This document shows positions 37,057-50,427 of a DNA stretch of 64,000 nucleotides, one piece after another. Every line of letters starts with the position of its first letter. The first letter of the stretch is position 1. Made by a program: the position numbers and the translations under genes. The notes under the pieces are model-generated. The model did no database searches. It saw only the letters and a program-made list of their open reading frames with translations, and was not told the origin of the DNA. The stretch is from Octopus vulgaris (taxonomy: Eukaryota), in contig OX597828.1 of the NCBI GenBank assembly GCA_951406725.2, positions 54,932,001-54,996,000 on the forward strand. The letters run 5' to 3'.

Positions 37057-38764
37057 ACTTTACATATGAAACCCTTTCGACATGATTTTTAATTTGTTGT
37101 TTGTTGTTTATTTTTCCTGTTACAAATTCTATGTTTGTTGTTTGTCTCTGGGTCAGGCCTGACTAAACGGTGATCGTTGAAGTCATCGCCACTACTGCCT
37201 TCATCATTTAACGTCTGTTTTCCATGCTGGCATGGGTTGGACGGTTTGACATGAGGCTGTCCAGCTGGGAACTGCCCTTCTCAATGCCAACCACTTATCA
37301 GAGTGTGCTGGATGCATTTTACATTCCACTGGCATCGGTGCTTTTTATTTGGCACTGGCACCTAAAAGAACAAACCTTTATGTGTGGAACACAGTGATTT
37401 TACTTAGCTTTATGCATCATATCAAGTACAGCAAATCGCCACATCCCCTAGTCCCTTGTCATTTCCTCTGTGAGGCCCAGCATCCGAAGATCTTTCCTCA
37501 CATCTTCCTGGGTCTACTCATTCCACAGGTACCCTCCACAATTAGGGCCCAGCACTTCTTTACGCTGCTGTCCTCATCCATATTAAAACTATTTCACATA
37601 TGACCATCCCTTCTGTTCCCTTTTTAACTCTTTTACTTGTTTCAGTCATTTGACTGTGGCCATGCTGGAGCACCACCTTCAGTCGAATAAATCGACCCCA
37701 GGACTTATTCTTTGGATGCCTGGTACTTGTTCTATCAGTCTCTTTTGCCGAACCGCTAAGTTACGGGAATGTAAACACACCACCATCGGTTGTCAAGCGA
37801 TGTTGAGGTAACAAACACAGACACACACACGCACATACATACATATATACAACTGGCTTCTTTCAGTTTTCGTCTACCAAATCTACTCACAAGGCTTTGG
37901 TCGGCCCGAGGCTATAGTAGAAGACACTTGCCCAAGGTGCCACGCAGTGGGACTGAACCCGGAACCATGTAGTTCATAAGCAAGCTACTTACCACACAGC
38001 CACTCCTATGCCTGTTCATCTTTCTTTGTCGAATATACCTACACAGGAAATCTATGATCAAAGTTATTCTAAGCATGACCATGCTCTGTTATTTTTGAAA
38101 GAAGAAAAGGATTGTGATTTGAGGGAAATTTGGCATCTATTTCAAGTCAAGCAAATTGAGATACTACATAGAGGCATCCTTTATGTTTTCTTAGGGTAAC
38201 AACAGTTGAATACTTCATTCTGTATTGAAAAGGCAAAAATGAAAAGTGTGTGAAATTACAAGAAAATGGTGGGATATGTTAGTCTTTGCAACCAATGAAT
38301 CAAAATACCAACTTGGCATCAAAAGTATGATCAGATATCTTTAGTCTTTAGGCATCAGACATTACACTGGTTTACATGCATACAATGTATGTCAGACATT
38401 CTGGCATACAAATACACAATGTATGTCACATTTTGAGAAAACAAGTTACACCAGTTGGAGTTGAGCTATTATTACAAATGTGGTTGTTGTTGTTCTTCTT
38501 CTTCCAATCATTAACCTCAAAGAATAATCTCTAATTCGAGCCTACTCTAAGCTACTAAGAATGCGTGTGGAAACTTGAAGATCCACCCACCACACGCGAT
38601 AGATTGGCGGTTGCATGGGCGTGAAAGCTACGTTGTTATCCTCATTCCGTAAACGGTGGCTTTTAACGGGTGGAGAGCTGAACCATCCTGGGGTACAGAG
38701 GATTCACAATCTAGACTAGGGTCTGAAGGTTTACCACTCCATAGTGGGTTACACCATGGTTCCT

Positions 38765-38968
38765 CTGCTGTGTGGTGGAAGTAAGAAGAAAGAGTAAGAG
38801 AAAGTTGTGGTGAAAGAGTACAGTGGGGTTTATTACCCCACCGCCAGAGCCTCGTGGAGTTTAGGTGTTTTTGCTCAATAATACTCACAATGTCTGGTCT
38901 GGGAATCGAAACTGCGTTCTTACAACTGCGAGTCCGCTGCCCTAACCACTGGGCCGTTGCGCCTCCAC
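38765..38968 (-). mobile_element. tRNA(Arg)-derived SINE, same family as 55803-56096
   Basis: Minus-strand head ggaggcgcaacggcccagtggttagggcagcggactcgcag.. Confidence 0.8.
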
Positions 38969-39839
38969 CGCTGTTGTTGGAGTGGTTGGCATTAGGAAGG
39001 GTATCCAGCCAAAGAAACCATGCCAAATTAGATTGCAACCTGGTGCTGCTCTCCAGCTTACCAGTTTTCAGTCACACTGTCCAACCCATGACAGTAAGGA
39101 AAGCGGACATTAAATGATGATGATGTTGTTTAACCCCAGGTTAACCCTGATTGAGCAACCCTATAATCAAACGTGTTCCAGTCTTGACCATCTTGCCTTT
39201 TTACAGACATTATGTCCCTTAGCCTTTTTTTAATGTGTTAAAGAGAGATTTGAAGAAAATTTGGCTGCTATTTCTAATATATGAAACATTCATTTGCTCA
39301 TTTACATAAATGAAGAAAGTAAAGATGTCTGCATTTTAGACTGAAACAACAAATTTCAATGGCAATATAACCTGACCTGCATAAATTATTAATTTTATCT
39401 TTCTTCATTGTTTTAATTAACATTCTTAATTCATTACTTGCGATAGCAATGGAAGCAGTATTAGTTCAAAATGGCATTCTGTCTATCTTACTTAATGTGG
39501 ATATACTGCAGTAAACTGCAATATTCGTCTCAAGAAAGTATCTCTTGTAGACCTATAAGGATAAAAATCACAAAAATATATCAGTAGCATAGAAAAAGCT
39601 TCCAGCATTGGTGGCAGAATCGCAAAACCTCGATTATTGCTTCTATGAGCATCATCAGGAGTGAGTAACCACAAGCGATTGTATACTTATACTAATTTAG
39701 CCTCCACTGATATAGAAAAACGGTGATTAACAAATCACTCATGTTGCAATTAGTTGGCTGACTGGGTAAAAATTAATTATTAGCAGCGAAAGCAGTGTAA
39801 ACTAAATTTTCCTAAACATTCGGCTGCTAGTGGATCCTT

Positions 39840-39876
39840 GCTTCTGATGATGCTCAAGAAAGCAGAAATCTAGAGT
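39840..39876 (+). ncRNA. Minimal hammerhead-like motif
   Basis: GCUU-CUGAUGA-UGCU[caagaa]AGCA-GAAA-UC-UA-GAGU; a decayed inverted copy lies at about 39607-39676. Confidence 0.55.
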
Positions 39877-40245
39877 TAGCACAACTTCATCTGCCACTGA
39901 TATCCTGACGACACAAACTTCAATGAAGATGCAAGAAGAGAAATCTTTTAGATGTTACCAATACTTTTAACTATTCCCTTTGGAGTGAACCAAAGAAAGC
40001 TAAAGATAAACCTTCACCATCCAAAGGAACAAATACTCTTTTACTTGTTTCAGTCATTTGACTGCAGCCATGCTGGAGCACCGCCTTTAGTCGAGGAAAT
40101 CGACCCCAGGACTTATTCTTTGGAAGCCTAGTACTTATTCTATCGGGGTCTTTTGCCGAACTGCTTAGTTACAGGGACGTAAACACACCACCACCATCGG
40201 TTGTCAAACGATGTTGAGGGGACAAACACAGACATACAAACATAT

Positions 40246-40285
<40 letters not shown>

Positions 40286-40948
40286 TAGAAGAAATGAGGT
40301 ACTCAGAAAATCAGATGGTTTATATTTACAGATATTTATTTGTATATTACATTTTTTATATATCATATAACTTAGATCATGTGTTAGCACTTTCTCCCAT
40401 TCTAGTGGGATTTTCAAATCAAACTAAGTTCCTGGCTGAAGAGTTTGGACCATTTTATAGTGGTACTGAGTTTGTAGTGGTGGGGAGGAATATAAGACAG
40501 TACAAGAGGGTGATGGATGAGGAGAAAGTGAGAGAGAGAACATGTGTGTACATATATATATATATATACGACGGGCCTCTTTCAGGCTATAGTAGGAGAC
40601 ACTTGTCCAAGAAGCCACGCAGTGGGAATGAACCTGGAACCATGTGTTTGGTAAGCAAGTTACTTACCACACAGCCACTCTGCGCCTACTGATATATCAA
40701 CCCATCGTCTAATAAATGTTGTCTTTTCATCAATGGTCACAAAAGACATGTCTGTACGCAATGTCAAATATGATTTTGCCTTGCATTTAACTGAGAGAAG
40801 ACAGAAATGTAACAATTGGCATAAAAAGTTGCAAACCATCACCAGGGCTTAAAAGTCATCTTTGCTTTGCCTTTCATTGAAGGGTAATGAATAGCCATAC
40901 ACATTGTTGGGAGGGATCCAACCCTCTCTCTCGCTCACACGATGTTTG

Positions 40949-41157
40949 GGCAATCTTTCGATATGAGTCCCATTCACATCACGTGTATTTCTTTACATTT
41001 GAAGAAGATCATCACTTTCCGTAAAATTTTAATTTTTTTTATACATGTGGGGGTTAGGGTTAGGGGTGGTGGAAGGGTATCTTTTTTCTTCAGAAATGTA
41101 AATAAACCCACGTGGGTTTATAAGTGACGGTTATGTTACTAGGACCGAATGATCGCC
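40949..41157. mobile_element. MITE with GG..CC termini and 8-bp TSD (Merlin-like; related to 4257-4439, reversed)
   Basis: TSD gatgtttg (40941-40948, 41158-41165); TIR ggcaatctttcg / cgaatgatcgcc. Confidence 0.78.
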
Positions 41158-41858
41158 GATGTTTGTTTTCAGTTTCCGTCAACCAAATCCATTCACAAGG
41201 GTTTGCCCCCAAACACACTCGCCTAAGGAGGTGTGCGGTGGGACTTAAACCGAATGATCGTTAACAGAACTTCTTTAACTACCCAACTGTGTGTATGTTT
41301 GACATTGAAATATTTAATAAATTTATGCAGCATTCCGAACCATATTTTCGTTCCAAGCTCGCAAATTACCGAGAAAATAATTCCATTAGGAATCTAAGAG
41401 CAACTAAAATACGAAAAACAAAAATAAATAAATAGGTTTATTTATTTTTAAAATACTTAATCATTACATTAAATTATAGTTACATCTTTGAGTAATATAT
41501 ATCTAAATATATTTTAAACAAATATGAAGCACAATGAGATAATTAAACTAAACAATCAAAACTATTAATTGGCTATAATTTACTTTCATAGTAATCTGCG
41601 AAACTGTGGCTTAGTATGTTATGGTCAGCTTTACAATGTTTCCTTATATAAACTCGAACTCAGAAATGGACTGATGTGAGTTGCTTCTTTGCTTTTGTTG
41701 GTCTTTCACTTAATTAGGATAATAAGAATAACCGTAACGACAATAAGGCTTTGAATGATAGCTCTTAGCCTCTCCCTCTCTTGTGTCTTTCGTTGATGTC
41801 TATATTTTCATCAATTCAGTTGTGAAGGAAACAAAACAATATAAACACATATATAGAA

Positions 41859-42031
41859 TGTTGTGTCTGGGGAGAGTCATTCTCTTTTAGTGCCTTATAA
41901 TTTAACACACTCACCGGTAAAATTTCCACTTATTTCTTATTTAAATAATAAAAAAAAGAAGTGGAAGTTTTACCGGTGAGTGTGTTGAATAATAAGGCAC
42001 TGAAAGAGAATGACTCTCCTCAGACACAACA
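41859..42031. repeat. Near-perfect inverted repeat, about 73-bp arms, 27-bp AT spacer
   Basis: tgttgtgtctggggagagtcattctc..ccactt versus aagtgg..gagaatgactctcctcagacacaaca. Confidence 0.92.
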
Positions 42032-43254
42032 GAATATGCTTCAACACACGAACTCATATAAAGAATCTCGCAAACCAAATCCAAAAACGAAACATATATA
42101 GAAGTTTAAGGAAAATATACTTGTGTTGACGTTGTTCTTTGTTTTTGAATCTTAACGTGAGTGAATTAAAATATCCTGTAGCGTGGAATCGAAACCAGCA
42201 CCTCAGACCCTTACCTCTCTGCCTTTTCTTTGTTAAGAATAAAGTAAAGCTTGTAGAAAAGGGTTTATTGCAGTCGATCAAAGTAAAACGTTGGCATTTC
42301 GGCATTTATAGACTGCAAACGGATGCGCTGTTTTCCACATTTTCCTGTCATTTTACCTCTCAAGTTCAGATCTCACTCGGAGCAACTTTATTTTTTTAAA
42401 TTTTTATTTTTCAGAGCAGGTAAAATAAATGCCGGTCATGAACTATAGTCGATCTTATGGACTGTTTCTCAAGGTGGGATGTGAGTTGTTCAAGAATGGG
42501 TTGTAAGCAAAGTGACAAGTGAATAGAGCTTCTAACTTTGTACGTTAGGTGTATGTTTCTTTTGAAAATCGAAGTTGCGTGCGGGACAGAAATGCTTCTT
42601 AAACACTTCTCTAATCGATTCCATTCTCTGAAATTTGGTGTCTTATATATTGGACCGTCCGACAAGGTTTTTGCCGTATTGCATCCTGCCCATTCAAGTT
42701 CAAGTTGAAGTGGTAACCAAATTTTGCTTCCCTCTCTTAAATGATGTAACTAAGGTAAGGTGGATCGTTTAGGGGCTAAGGTATTCAGATCACGATCGTA
42801 AGGTCGCGAGTTCAATTCCTGGCAACACTTTTTGTTCTCGTGCAAGACGATTTATTTCGCATTGTTCCAGTCCAGTCCCCTGGCAAAATGGACTTGTACC
42901 TATAATTCTTAAGGGGCAACCTGATGACATTTGGTGCATTGCACTGAATCTTCCTGAGAGCTACATTAAAGGTACGTGTACCTGTGGTGATCTCAGCCAC
43001 TTGCATGTTAATTTCACGAGCAGGCTGTTCTGTTGATCAAACCAACTGGAACAGTTGTAACTGACGGAGCACTCAGCCAGCCTAATGTAAAACTAAAGAC
43101 TTTATGCTTGAAAAAGATAGAGCAGGGTGGTCAGAGTAAGAGCACTTTCGATCACAGGTCTGTTACATCATGGCTGACACAGGGTTAAACAACATCAGCA
43201 AAAGTGATCACAAATATTACAGTTCTATATTTAAGAGATAAGGAATTATGTACA

Positions 43255-43684
43255 ACCAAACGCATACCCTCCATCAGACACCTACCATATTCTGAGCGCC
43301 TTGTTTCCCTGGGCATGGATTCACTGAAGCTCCGGCGTCTGGCGACGGACTTGGTAAATGCCCACAAAGTTGTCAACCACCTCACCAATAACAACACTGA
43401 ACACCTTTTTGATCTCCATGTGTCTAACACACGTGGACATGCCTACAAAGTCAGAAAACAACACAGCTCCCATGACTTTCGGAAACATTTCTTCACGCTC
43501 AGAGTTGCTGAAGCATGGAATAAACTGCCTGCGTCAGTTGTTGACTGCCATGACACTGCATCCTTTAAGGCCCTCATGCTTTCCGAAATCCATCGAAACT
43601 ACACCTGATTATATATACACTTTAGATGAGTTGTAGTGCACTTGAGCACTGTACACAATGTTTATTATTATTATTATTATTATT
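43255..43684 (+). mobile_element. CR1-clade LINE 3' fragment inserted into the hammerhead-bearing repeat
   Basis: LPYSERLVSLGMDSLKLRRLATDL..NTRGHAYK..FFTLRVAEAWNKLP; (TTA)n tail; host repeat resumes afterwards. Confidence 0.9.
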
Positions 43685-43715
43685 ATTTACATATGACCTC
43701 ATCTTGTTTGTTGTT

Positions 43716-43761
43716 AACACAACGTTTCGGTTGATATACTCTCCAGCCTTCTTCAGGTGTC
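43716..43761 (-). ncRNA. Minimal type I hammerhead ribozyme motif (Penelope-type repeat)
   Basis: GACAC-CUGAAGA-A-GGCUG[gagaguauau]CAACC-GAAA-CG-U-U-GUGUU. Confidence 0.75.
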
Positions 43762-43910
43762 TTGGGGAAATTTCAAACCTGGGTGCTCATTCCTAAGCTT
43801 AGGGGTTAGCCACATTTAAGTGGCAAATATACTTCACGATATAATAAATTTATTTTTTATTTTATTTTTGCAGGAAATCGAAAGAATCTACCAACATAGC
43901 TAATCATATA

Positions 43911-44045
43911 ATGATGTCTGAAGACAGTGGAATAATTTCTATGGGTGGTAAATCACTTACCTGTTGTAACTGCAATTGCCACCTAACGAATTTGGTTGAG
44001 CTTAAGTCTCCAAATAATGAATCTGAAATTAATCAAAATCCCCAG
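43911..44045 (+). CDS. AGGF1: AGGF1 coding exon 1
   Basis: Acceptor tgcag| at 43873, ATG 43911, MMSEDSG..NQNPQ|gtatgc; phase fits next exon; sequence poorly conserved. Confidence 0.7.
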
Positions 44046-44346
44046 GTATGCATTAAGGTATATGGCAATGTCTTTATTTTCTCTGATTTCCATCCTCCTC
44101 CTTTTACATGTGCTTTTTTTGTGTGCATGGGTTGAACAAGTCTTCTCCAGCTGGGTGCGTTTGCCACTTGCTTAACTGCTATTTTTTGTCATCTCCTTCA
44201 TAAGGTTCAACATTCTCAATTCAACTTTTGCCACTTCTGCCCATGTCTTCAGAGACTTCCTCTGTCCTAGTTTCCTTCCTTCCTCTTCTGTATCCAACTG
44301 TCATCTTCCATGCACATCATCATTTCTAGTTCAATATTTTTATATA

Positions 44347-44745
44347 AGGCGGCGAGCTGGCAGAACCGTTAGCACGCCGGGCGAAATGCGTAGCCGTATT
44401 TTGTCTGCCGCTACGTTCTGAGTTCAAATTCCGCCGAGGTCGATTTTGCCTTTCATCCTTTCGTGTCGATAAATTAAGTACCAGTTATGCACTGGGGTCG
44501 ATGTAATCGACTTAATCCATTTGTCTGTCCTTGTTTGTCCTCTCTGTGTTTAGCCCCTTGTGGGTAGTAAAGAAATAGGTATTTTGTCTGCCTTTATGTT
44601 CTGAGTTCAAGTTCTGCTGAGGTTGACTTTGCCTTTCATCCTTTCGGAGTTGATAAATTAAGTACCAGTTGCATACTGAGGATCAATCTAATCGACTGGT
44701 CTCCTCCTCCAAAATTTTGGGCCTTGTGCCTAGAGGAGAAAAGAC
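44347..44745 (+). mobile_element. tRNA-derived SINE (family 1) with internal tandem duplication
   Basis: ggcggcgagctggcagaa..gagttcaaattcc..gcctttcatcctttcg..gataaattaagtaccag. Other copies near 4015, 11980, 17550(-), 26435, 32600, 47428, 48432, 58598. Confidence 0.88.
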
Positions 44746-45126
44746 TATTTTTAATTACTATATAGTGTTCTTCTCATCTCTAGTTTTTTCACTCAGCTGA
44801 TACACACACGCATGCACGCAAGCATGCATGTGTGTGCCCACACACACACACACACACATCTTTGTCTCTTTCTAACTAACAGTGATTACAATTGCCATTC
44901 AGTTCCTGACAGACTCACTGGCAAAACAATAATTATGGCTGTTCAGTTAAGAAGCTTGATTTGCTACCATGTGGTTTCCAGTTCATTTCTACTGTGTCGC
45001 ACCTTGAACATGTGTCTTCTACTATTGCCTCAAGCCTGACAGACAATGTGTAAACCTGTTGGTGTGCTAACACAGAGCTTATAAAGTATTTTGCCTGGAT
45101 TATTACCCCACTCACTAATAACTGTG

Positions 45127-45163
<37 letters not shown>

Positions 45164-45929
45164 CAAAATTTAGAGGAATGACCACTAATAGTGGACAGCC
45201 TGTATGCTAGATATAGACGTCAAACTCGCCATTTACCACGAAGAATGTGTTCTCAAGAAAAAATTCAGCAAAAACCAGTGTTGGTTTGTTTACATTACTG
45301 CAACTTAGTGGTTTGGCAAATGAGACTTGTAGATTAAGTACCAGACTTTAAAATAAGTACTGGAGTTAATTTGTTCAGCTAAACCCTTTCAGTTAGTGCC
45401 CCAGTATGGCCACAGTCCAGTGATCAAAAGAAAACATGAGTAACTGATGATTTGTCAACAATGAGGATCCAGTTATTTAATCAAGTGAAGTCACCAATCA
45501 CTGAATTAACATATAAGTGGTTGAGTATCCCACAAACATGCAAACCTTTTATTCTAAGGCTGACTCAGTGTGGGATAAATTGCACTTTCAGATTATGGGT
45601 ACAGTCTATGTGATGGGCCTCCAAACAGTTTTCATTTACCCAGTTTCATTGATGAGGCTTGGATTGACCTGAAGAATATGGTAAATAACATTGGCCCAAG
45701 ATTCCACACTGTAGGACTGAACTTTGAATGTTATGATTCTAAAGCAAACTCCTTAACCATTTGACCATGCCACACACACACATGCACACACACTCATGCA
45801 TACACATACACACACCCATACATGCATGCATATATACATGTGCACATACATGCACACACACACACAAACACACACAAATGCACCCATGTATAACAATAAT
45901 TTTTATATTTCTGTTTCCAAAACATTTAG

Positions 45930-46167
45930 GTGCCGGCATCTGATTCTAGCATGGAAAGTATCATGAAAGAGAATGCTGATTTAAAAGTGGCTCTGGAAGA
46001 TGCTTGGGAAAAACATGCAAGATTACTTTACAAGCAGAAAATGATGCGCAAAGAATTTGATCTGTTGGAGGCAGAACTTTATAATTATCGCAATAAAAAT
46101 GTTGCACACCATCAAAGCAAGTGTGATATGTCCACACAAACAGCCTTAGACACAAACTTCAGTTCTG
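45930..46167 (+). CDS. AGGF1: AGGF1 exon 2 (coiled coil)
   Basis: tttag|VPASDSSMESIMKENADLKVALE..KCDMSTQT..|gtaggt. Confidence 0.88.
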
Positions 46168-48240
46168 GTAGGTTTACATTTATAACTGTTTAATACGCAC
46201 GCACACACACATTTCTGCCCTCTTGTTATCTCTCTCTCTCTTCTCCCCCTCTCTCTCTTTCTCTCTCTCTGGCTGGGTAACCATGTACCTCCTCTACAGC
46301 AAAACACCTGTTACTGTCTCTCTGCCACACTGTAACCATTTGTCTTCTGACACAATATCACCTCCTCCTTTGCCCTCTTCTTTCTCAAAGATTCCTTGTC
46401 TTTCTATGGCTAGATAGCTTTCCTGTCTCCAACCCATTCACAGAGTGTAATATTTGCATTTTATCATGGCACCAGCATCAGAGGGGTTGTCATGTCCTAG
46501 TAAAGACTAAAGAGCCTTCTCATCTCTATGTTGTTTTTGCTCAATTACCAGCCATTTTACTGAGTGTGCTTCATGCATTTTATCATGTCACTTGCACTAA
46601 TGAGTTTGGTATCTATCCTGTAAGACTAAAGAGTCCTCATTATTTTCACATGATTATTCCCTCAATAGTGTCCACAAAGGTGAACAGAACAGTGAGCTAT
46701 GACTAAAGAAGAAAATAGTTACCCTTAGCAAATTACTTCTCCTGCAGTTGTCTCACTAGGAAGATGACATCAGTAGTACTTCTTCCCTGTACACAGTAAA
46801 AGTTCACAGATTGATTCTCTGTAATTTCCTCTCTTTAGTGCATCTCTTACTCTTGTAACAACTGATGCTGCTTTATGTCATGGCAGTCATTTGATAAGAC
46901 ACCTTCCTGTTCAACTTGGTTGATTGCACAAGTAACTAATCCACACCCTACTCAGCCAATTATTTTTAACCCTTTAGCATTCAGATTACTTTTCAAATGG
47001 CACGTAAAAAGCACTATCCGAACGTGATCGATGCCAGGCTCACCTGACTGGCTCCTGTGCCAGTGGCATGTAAAAAGCACCCACTACACTCTTGGAGTGG
47101 TTGACATTAGGAAGGACATCAGGCTGTAGAAACATTGCCAGATCAGATCAGAGCCTGGTGCAGCCGCTGGCTTTCCAGACCTCAGTCAAACCGTCCAACC
47201 CATGCCAGCATGGAAAGCGGATGTTAAACGATAATGATGATGATGAATGTTTATTTATTTGCATTGTTTTGAATAGATCATGCACTATTTCATAGCTTTG
47301 GGATTTTGAATGATTTTCATTTTTTAAATAGACTTGTGAAACCAAGTTAAATTGTAGTTGTGGCCGATGCCAGTGTCACATGACTGGCACTGGTGCTGGT
47401 TGCACATAAAAAGCGTATATATAGAAAGGCGGTGAGCTGGCAGAAACGTTAGCACGCCGGGCAAAATGTTTAGCGGTATTTCATCTGCCATTACGTTGCG
47501 AGTTCAAATTCCGCCGAGGTCGACTTTGCCTTTCATTCTTTCGGGGTCGATAAATTAAGTACCAGTTACACACTGGGGTCGATATAATCGACTTCATCCG
47601 TCTGTCTGTCCTTGTTTGTCCCCTCTATGTTTAGCCCCTTGTGGGTAATAAAGAAATAGGTATATAAAAAGCACCTATTTCACTCTTGGAGTGGTTGGCA
47701 TTAGGAAGGGCATCCAGCCATAGTAACAATGCCAAATCAGATTGGAACCTGGTGCAGCTCTCCAGCTTACCATTTTCAGTCAAATCGTCCAACCCATGCT
47801 AGCATGGAAAATGGACGTTAAATGATACTAAATAATAATGACGATGATGTTGAGTTGGTGTGAGAGGCTGGAACAGAAAACAGGTAGACTATTTTGGCCA
47901 GATATGGCTGGCTTAAATCTTAAAGGGCTAAACATCACAACAGCAATTTCAGATAAACCAGTAGCTTTCCTTTACATCCTTAATTGCTATGTCTGTCATA
48001 CTACTGTCAACTTGAGTCACAGATCCTTGGTCTGGGCTTACTCTACGAAGGTCATCTTTCACCCCTGCATTCTTTTCATCTAACACCCTTTCATAACAGC
48101 ACTTCACAGCACTCTATTACATGCACACTTCTCCCGTACGGTGTTTCGGTTTTCTTTGGTACACTCCCTTGCAGTCTAGCTCATCTTACATTTCAAAATG
48201 CAAAGAACAAAAGATAACGAAATATTTTTTGAATTTGTAG

Positions 48241-48305
48241 ATGCAGATTCCATAGAGGAAAATGATGGCAAAGATCGTCCTTTGCCTGATTGGATTACTA
48301 TGAAG
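48241..48305 (+). CDS. AGGF1: AGGF1 exon 3
   Basis: tgtag|..ADSIEENDGKDRPLPDWITMK|gtaaaa; needed to convert phase 1 to phase 0. Confidence 0.78.
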
Positions 48306-48664
48306 GTAAAAAAGACTCCTCATCCTTCTCCTCCCCACCTCATCATCATCATCACACCACCACTACCACCTCCACCACCACCACTATCATTGCGACCACC
48401 ATCACTATCTCCATCATCATCATCATCATCAAAGCAGTAAGCTGGCAAAATTGCTAGCGTGCTGGACAAAAAGGCTTGATGGCATTTCAGACATCTTTAC
48501 ATTTTGAGTTCAAATTCTACTGAGGTTGACTTTCTCTCTCAGAATAAGTACCACTGAAGTACTGGAGTTGATGTATTTGACTTACGCAGCTCCTTCAAAA
48601 TTTCAGACCTTGTGCCTATAGTAGAAAGGATTATTATTGTTATGATGATTATTATTATTATTAC

Positions 48665-49660
48665 TATTGAGTGAGAGAGCAGTGCATGACATTAAAGTGA
48701 CCATATATGAAACCCAGGATACCCATAATGACCATATGTCTGGTAAGGGTACATCAAGCACATAAATCACAACCGTATGTGCACACAATGGTGATTGCAT
48801 ATCAAGATAGATAGTGCATACCTTGCAGGTGGGGCCCAGTTAGAATTTTCTTCAAGTTCAGTAGCCTGACCCACTCAAAAAGTCCTTAAATAAAGGTTAA
48901 GGATGTTGAACAAAACACTCATGTTTCCAGAGGTGAATTATCCAAGCCCCAAAGAATTCCTCTCAGCACATGGCTATGATATTCCCCAGCTACTTCTGCT
49001 TGTGATCAGAGATGCACATATCTCAGCCACTAAGGGACATGCTCAACTGGTTAAGATCAAACAACTGACAAGCAAATCTCTGGTATTGAGCAGAATATTT
49101 GCTGTAGCCCATCTTTTATACCAAGACAAAACAATGTACATAATAACACTTCCAATCAGTTAAGATCAGAAGCCATAAAAGCCAATGTCTGTACTGCATC
49201 AGGGTGTTTATTATTATTGAGTGAGAGAGCAGTACATGCCATCAAAGTGACACTGGGGTAAAATATACAAAGTCCAGTATATCCATCATGACTACCCATC
49301 CAATAAGGGTACACTAGGCACATACATCGCAACCATATGTCTGCAATATGGTGATCTCATATCAAGATAAACAGCACATGACCTTGCAGGTGGGGCCCAG
49401 TTAGAATTTTTACCAAGTCAAGTAGCCCATTCCACTCAAAAGGACCCTGAGTAAGGGTTGTTTAAGGATGTTGAACAAAGCACCTATGTTTTTCCAAAGG
49501 TGAGCTATTCAAACCCCAAAGAATTCCTCTCAAACATGGTTATGATGCTCCTCCAGTACTTCTACTCATGATCAGAGTTGCACATATTGTCAGCCACTAA
49601 GGGACATGCTCAATTGGTTAAGGTCAAACAACTGACTAGCAAATCTGTGGTATTGAGCGG
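48665..49660 (-). mobile_element. Two tandem copies of a (TAA)n-flanked retroposon (possibly R4/Dong-mobilised)
   Basis: Copies start attgagtgagagagcagt at about 48666 and 49216; third copy at 58100-58540; all abut (TTA)n. Confidence 0.75.
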
Positions 49661-50202
49661 AGGCTACTCTACAGGGTCACTTAATCTGCTAGAAATAATA
49701 GCTAAATCTCATACATTGCATCCCACATCTAATTGAAGAGTCATTAAAATGTCAAATTGAATGCTTCATGGTATCAGTTATGGCTGTCTGCATTCTGAGT
49801 TCAAATCCTACAGATGTTATCTTTGCCTTTTACCCTTTTATAGTCACTAAATAAGTATCAGTTGCTAAGCATCCAGTGAGTGCATTTGTATGATTGTGTG
49901 TATGTGTCTGTCTGCATGTGTGAGTGTGTTTGTATGATTGTGCATGATTATGTATGTGTACCTATAGGATAATGTATTTGTGTGTGTGTGTACGTGTGCA
50001 CATGCGTGTGTCTGCATGTAAGAATCGATGACCACTTTGATGGTATCTTGGGCTTCTGACTGTTAGTCTCTTATTTTCCATCTGTCATTTGATTTCCCTA
50101 CTTCGAAATATTGTATTGTATTCCTTGAACAAGACAATCAACTCTACCTGACTATCACTTCACAAAACCCACTAAATTTTCTGTTACATTTATTAATTTT
50201 AG

Positions 50203-50427
50203 CCAGAATCTCAGTCTGTTGCTGAAAGTGTGAAAGATGTAGCAGAGATGATGGTGATGGAACTTGATATGGAGAAAGAGAAGACTTTAGATGGTGATTC
50301 CAATGTTGCCACAGGATCGAGTATGGAGAATCCCCCAGTTGATTGTTTTAGTTCTGACTCACCGTTTGTCTATGATTCTTCCTCTGGAATGTACTATGAC
50401 CACACCAGTGGTTATTATTATGATGCT
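50203..50427 (+). CDS. AGGF1: AGGF1 exon 4 (OCRE N-half)
   Basis: tttag|PESQSVAESVKDVAE..FVYDSSSGMYYDHTSGYYYDA|gtaagt. Confidence 0.94.

Noticed and set aside
38520-38760. GC-richer intergenic segment and 136-aa ORF 38628-39038
   Set aside because: The ORF runs through SINE sequence; no splice signals or recognisable motif.
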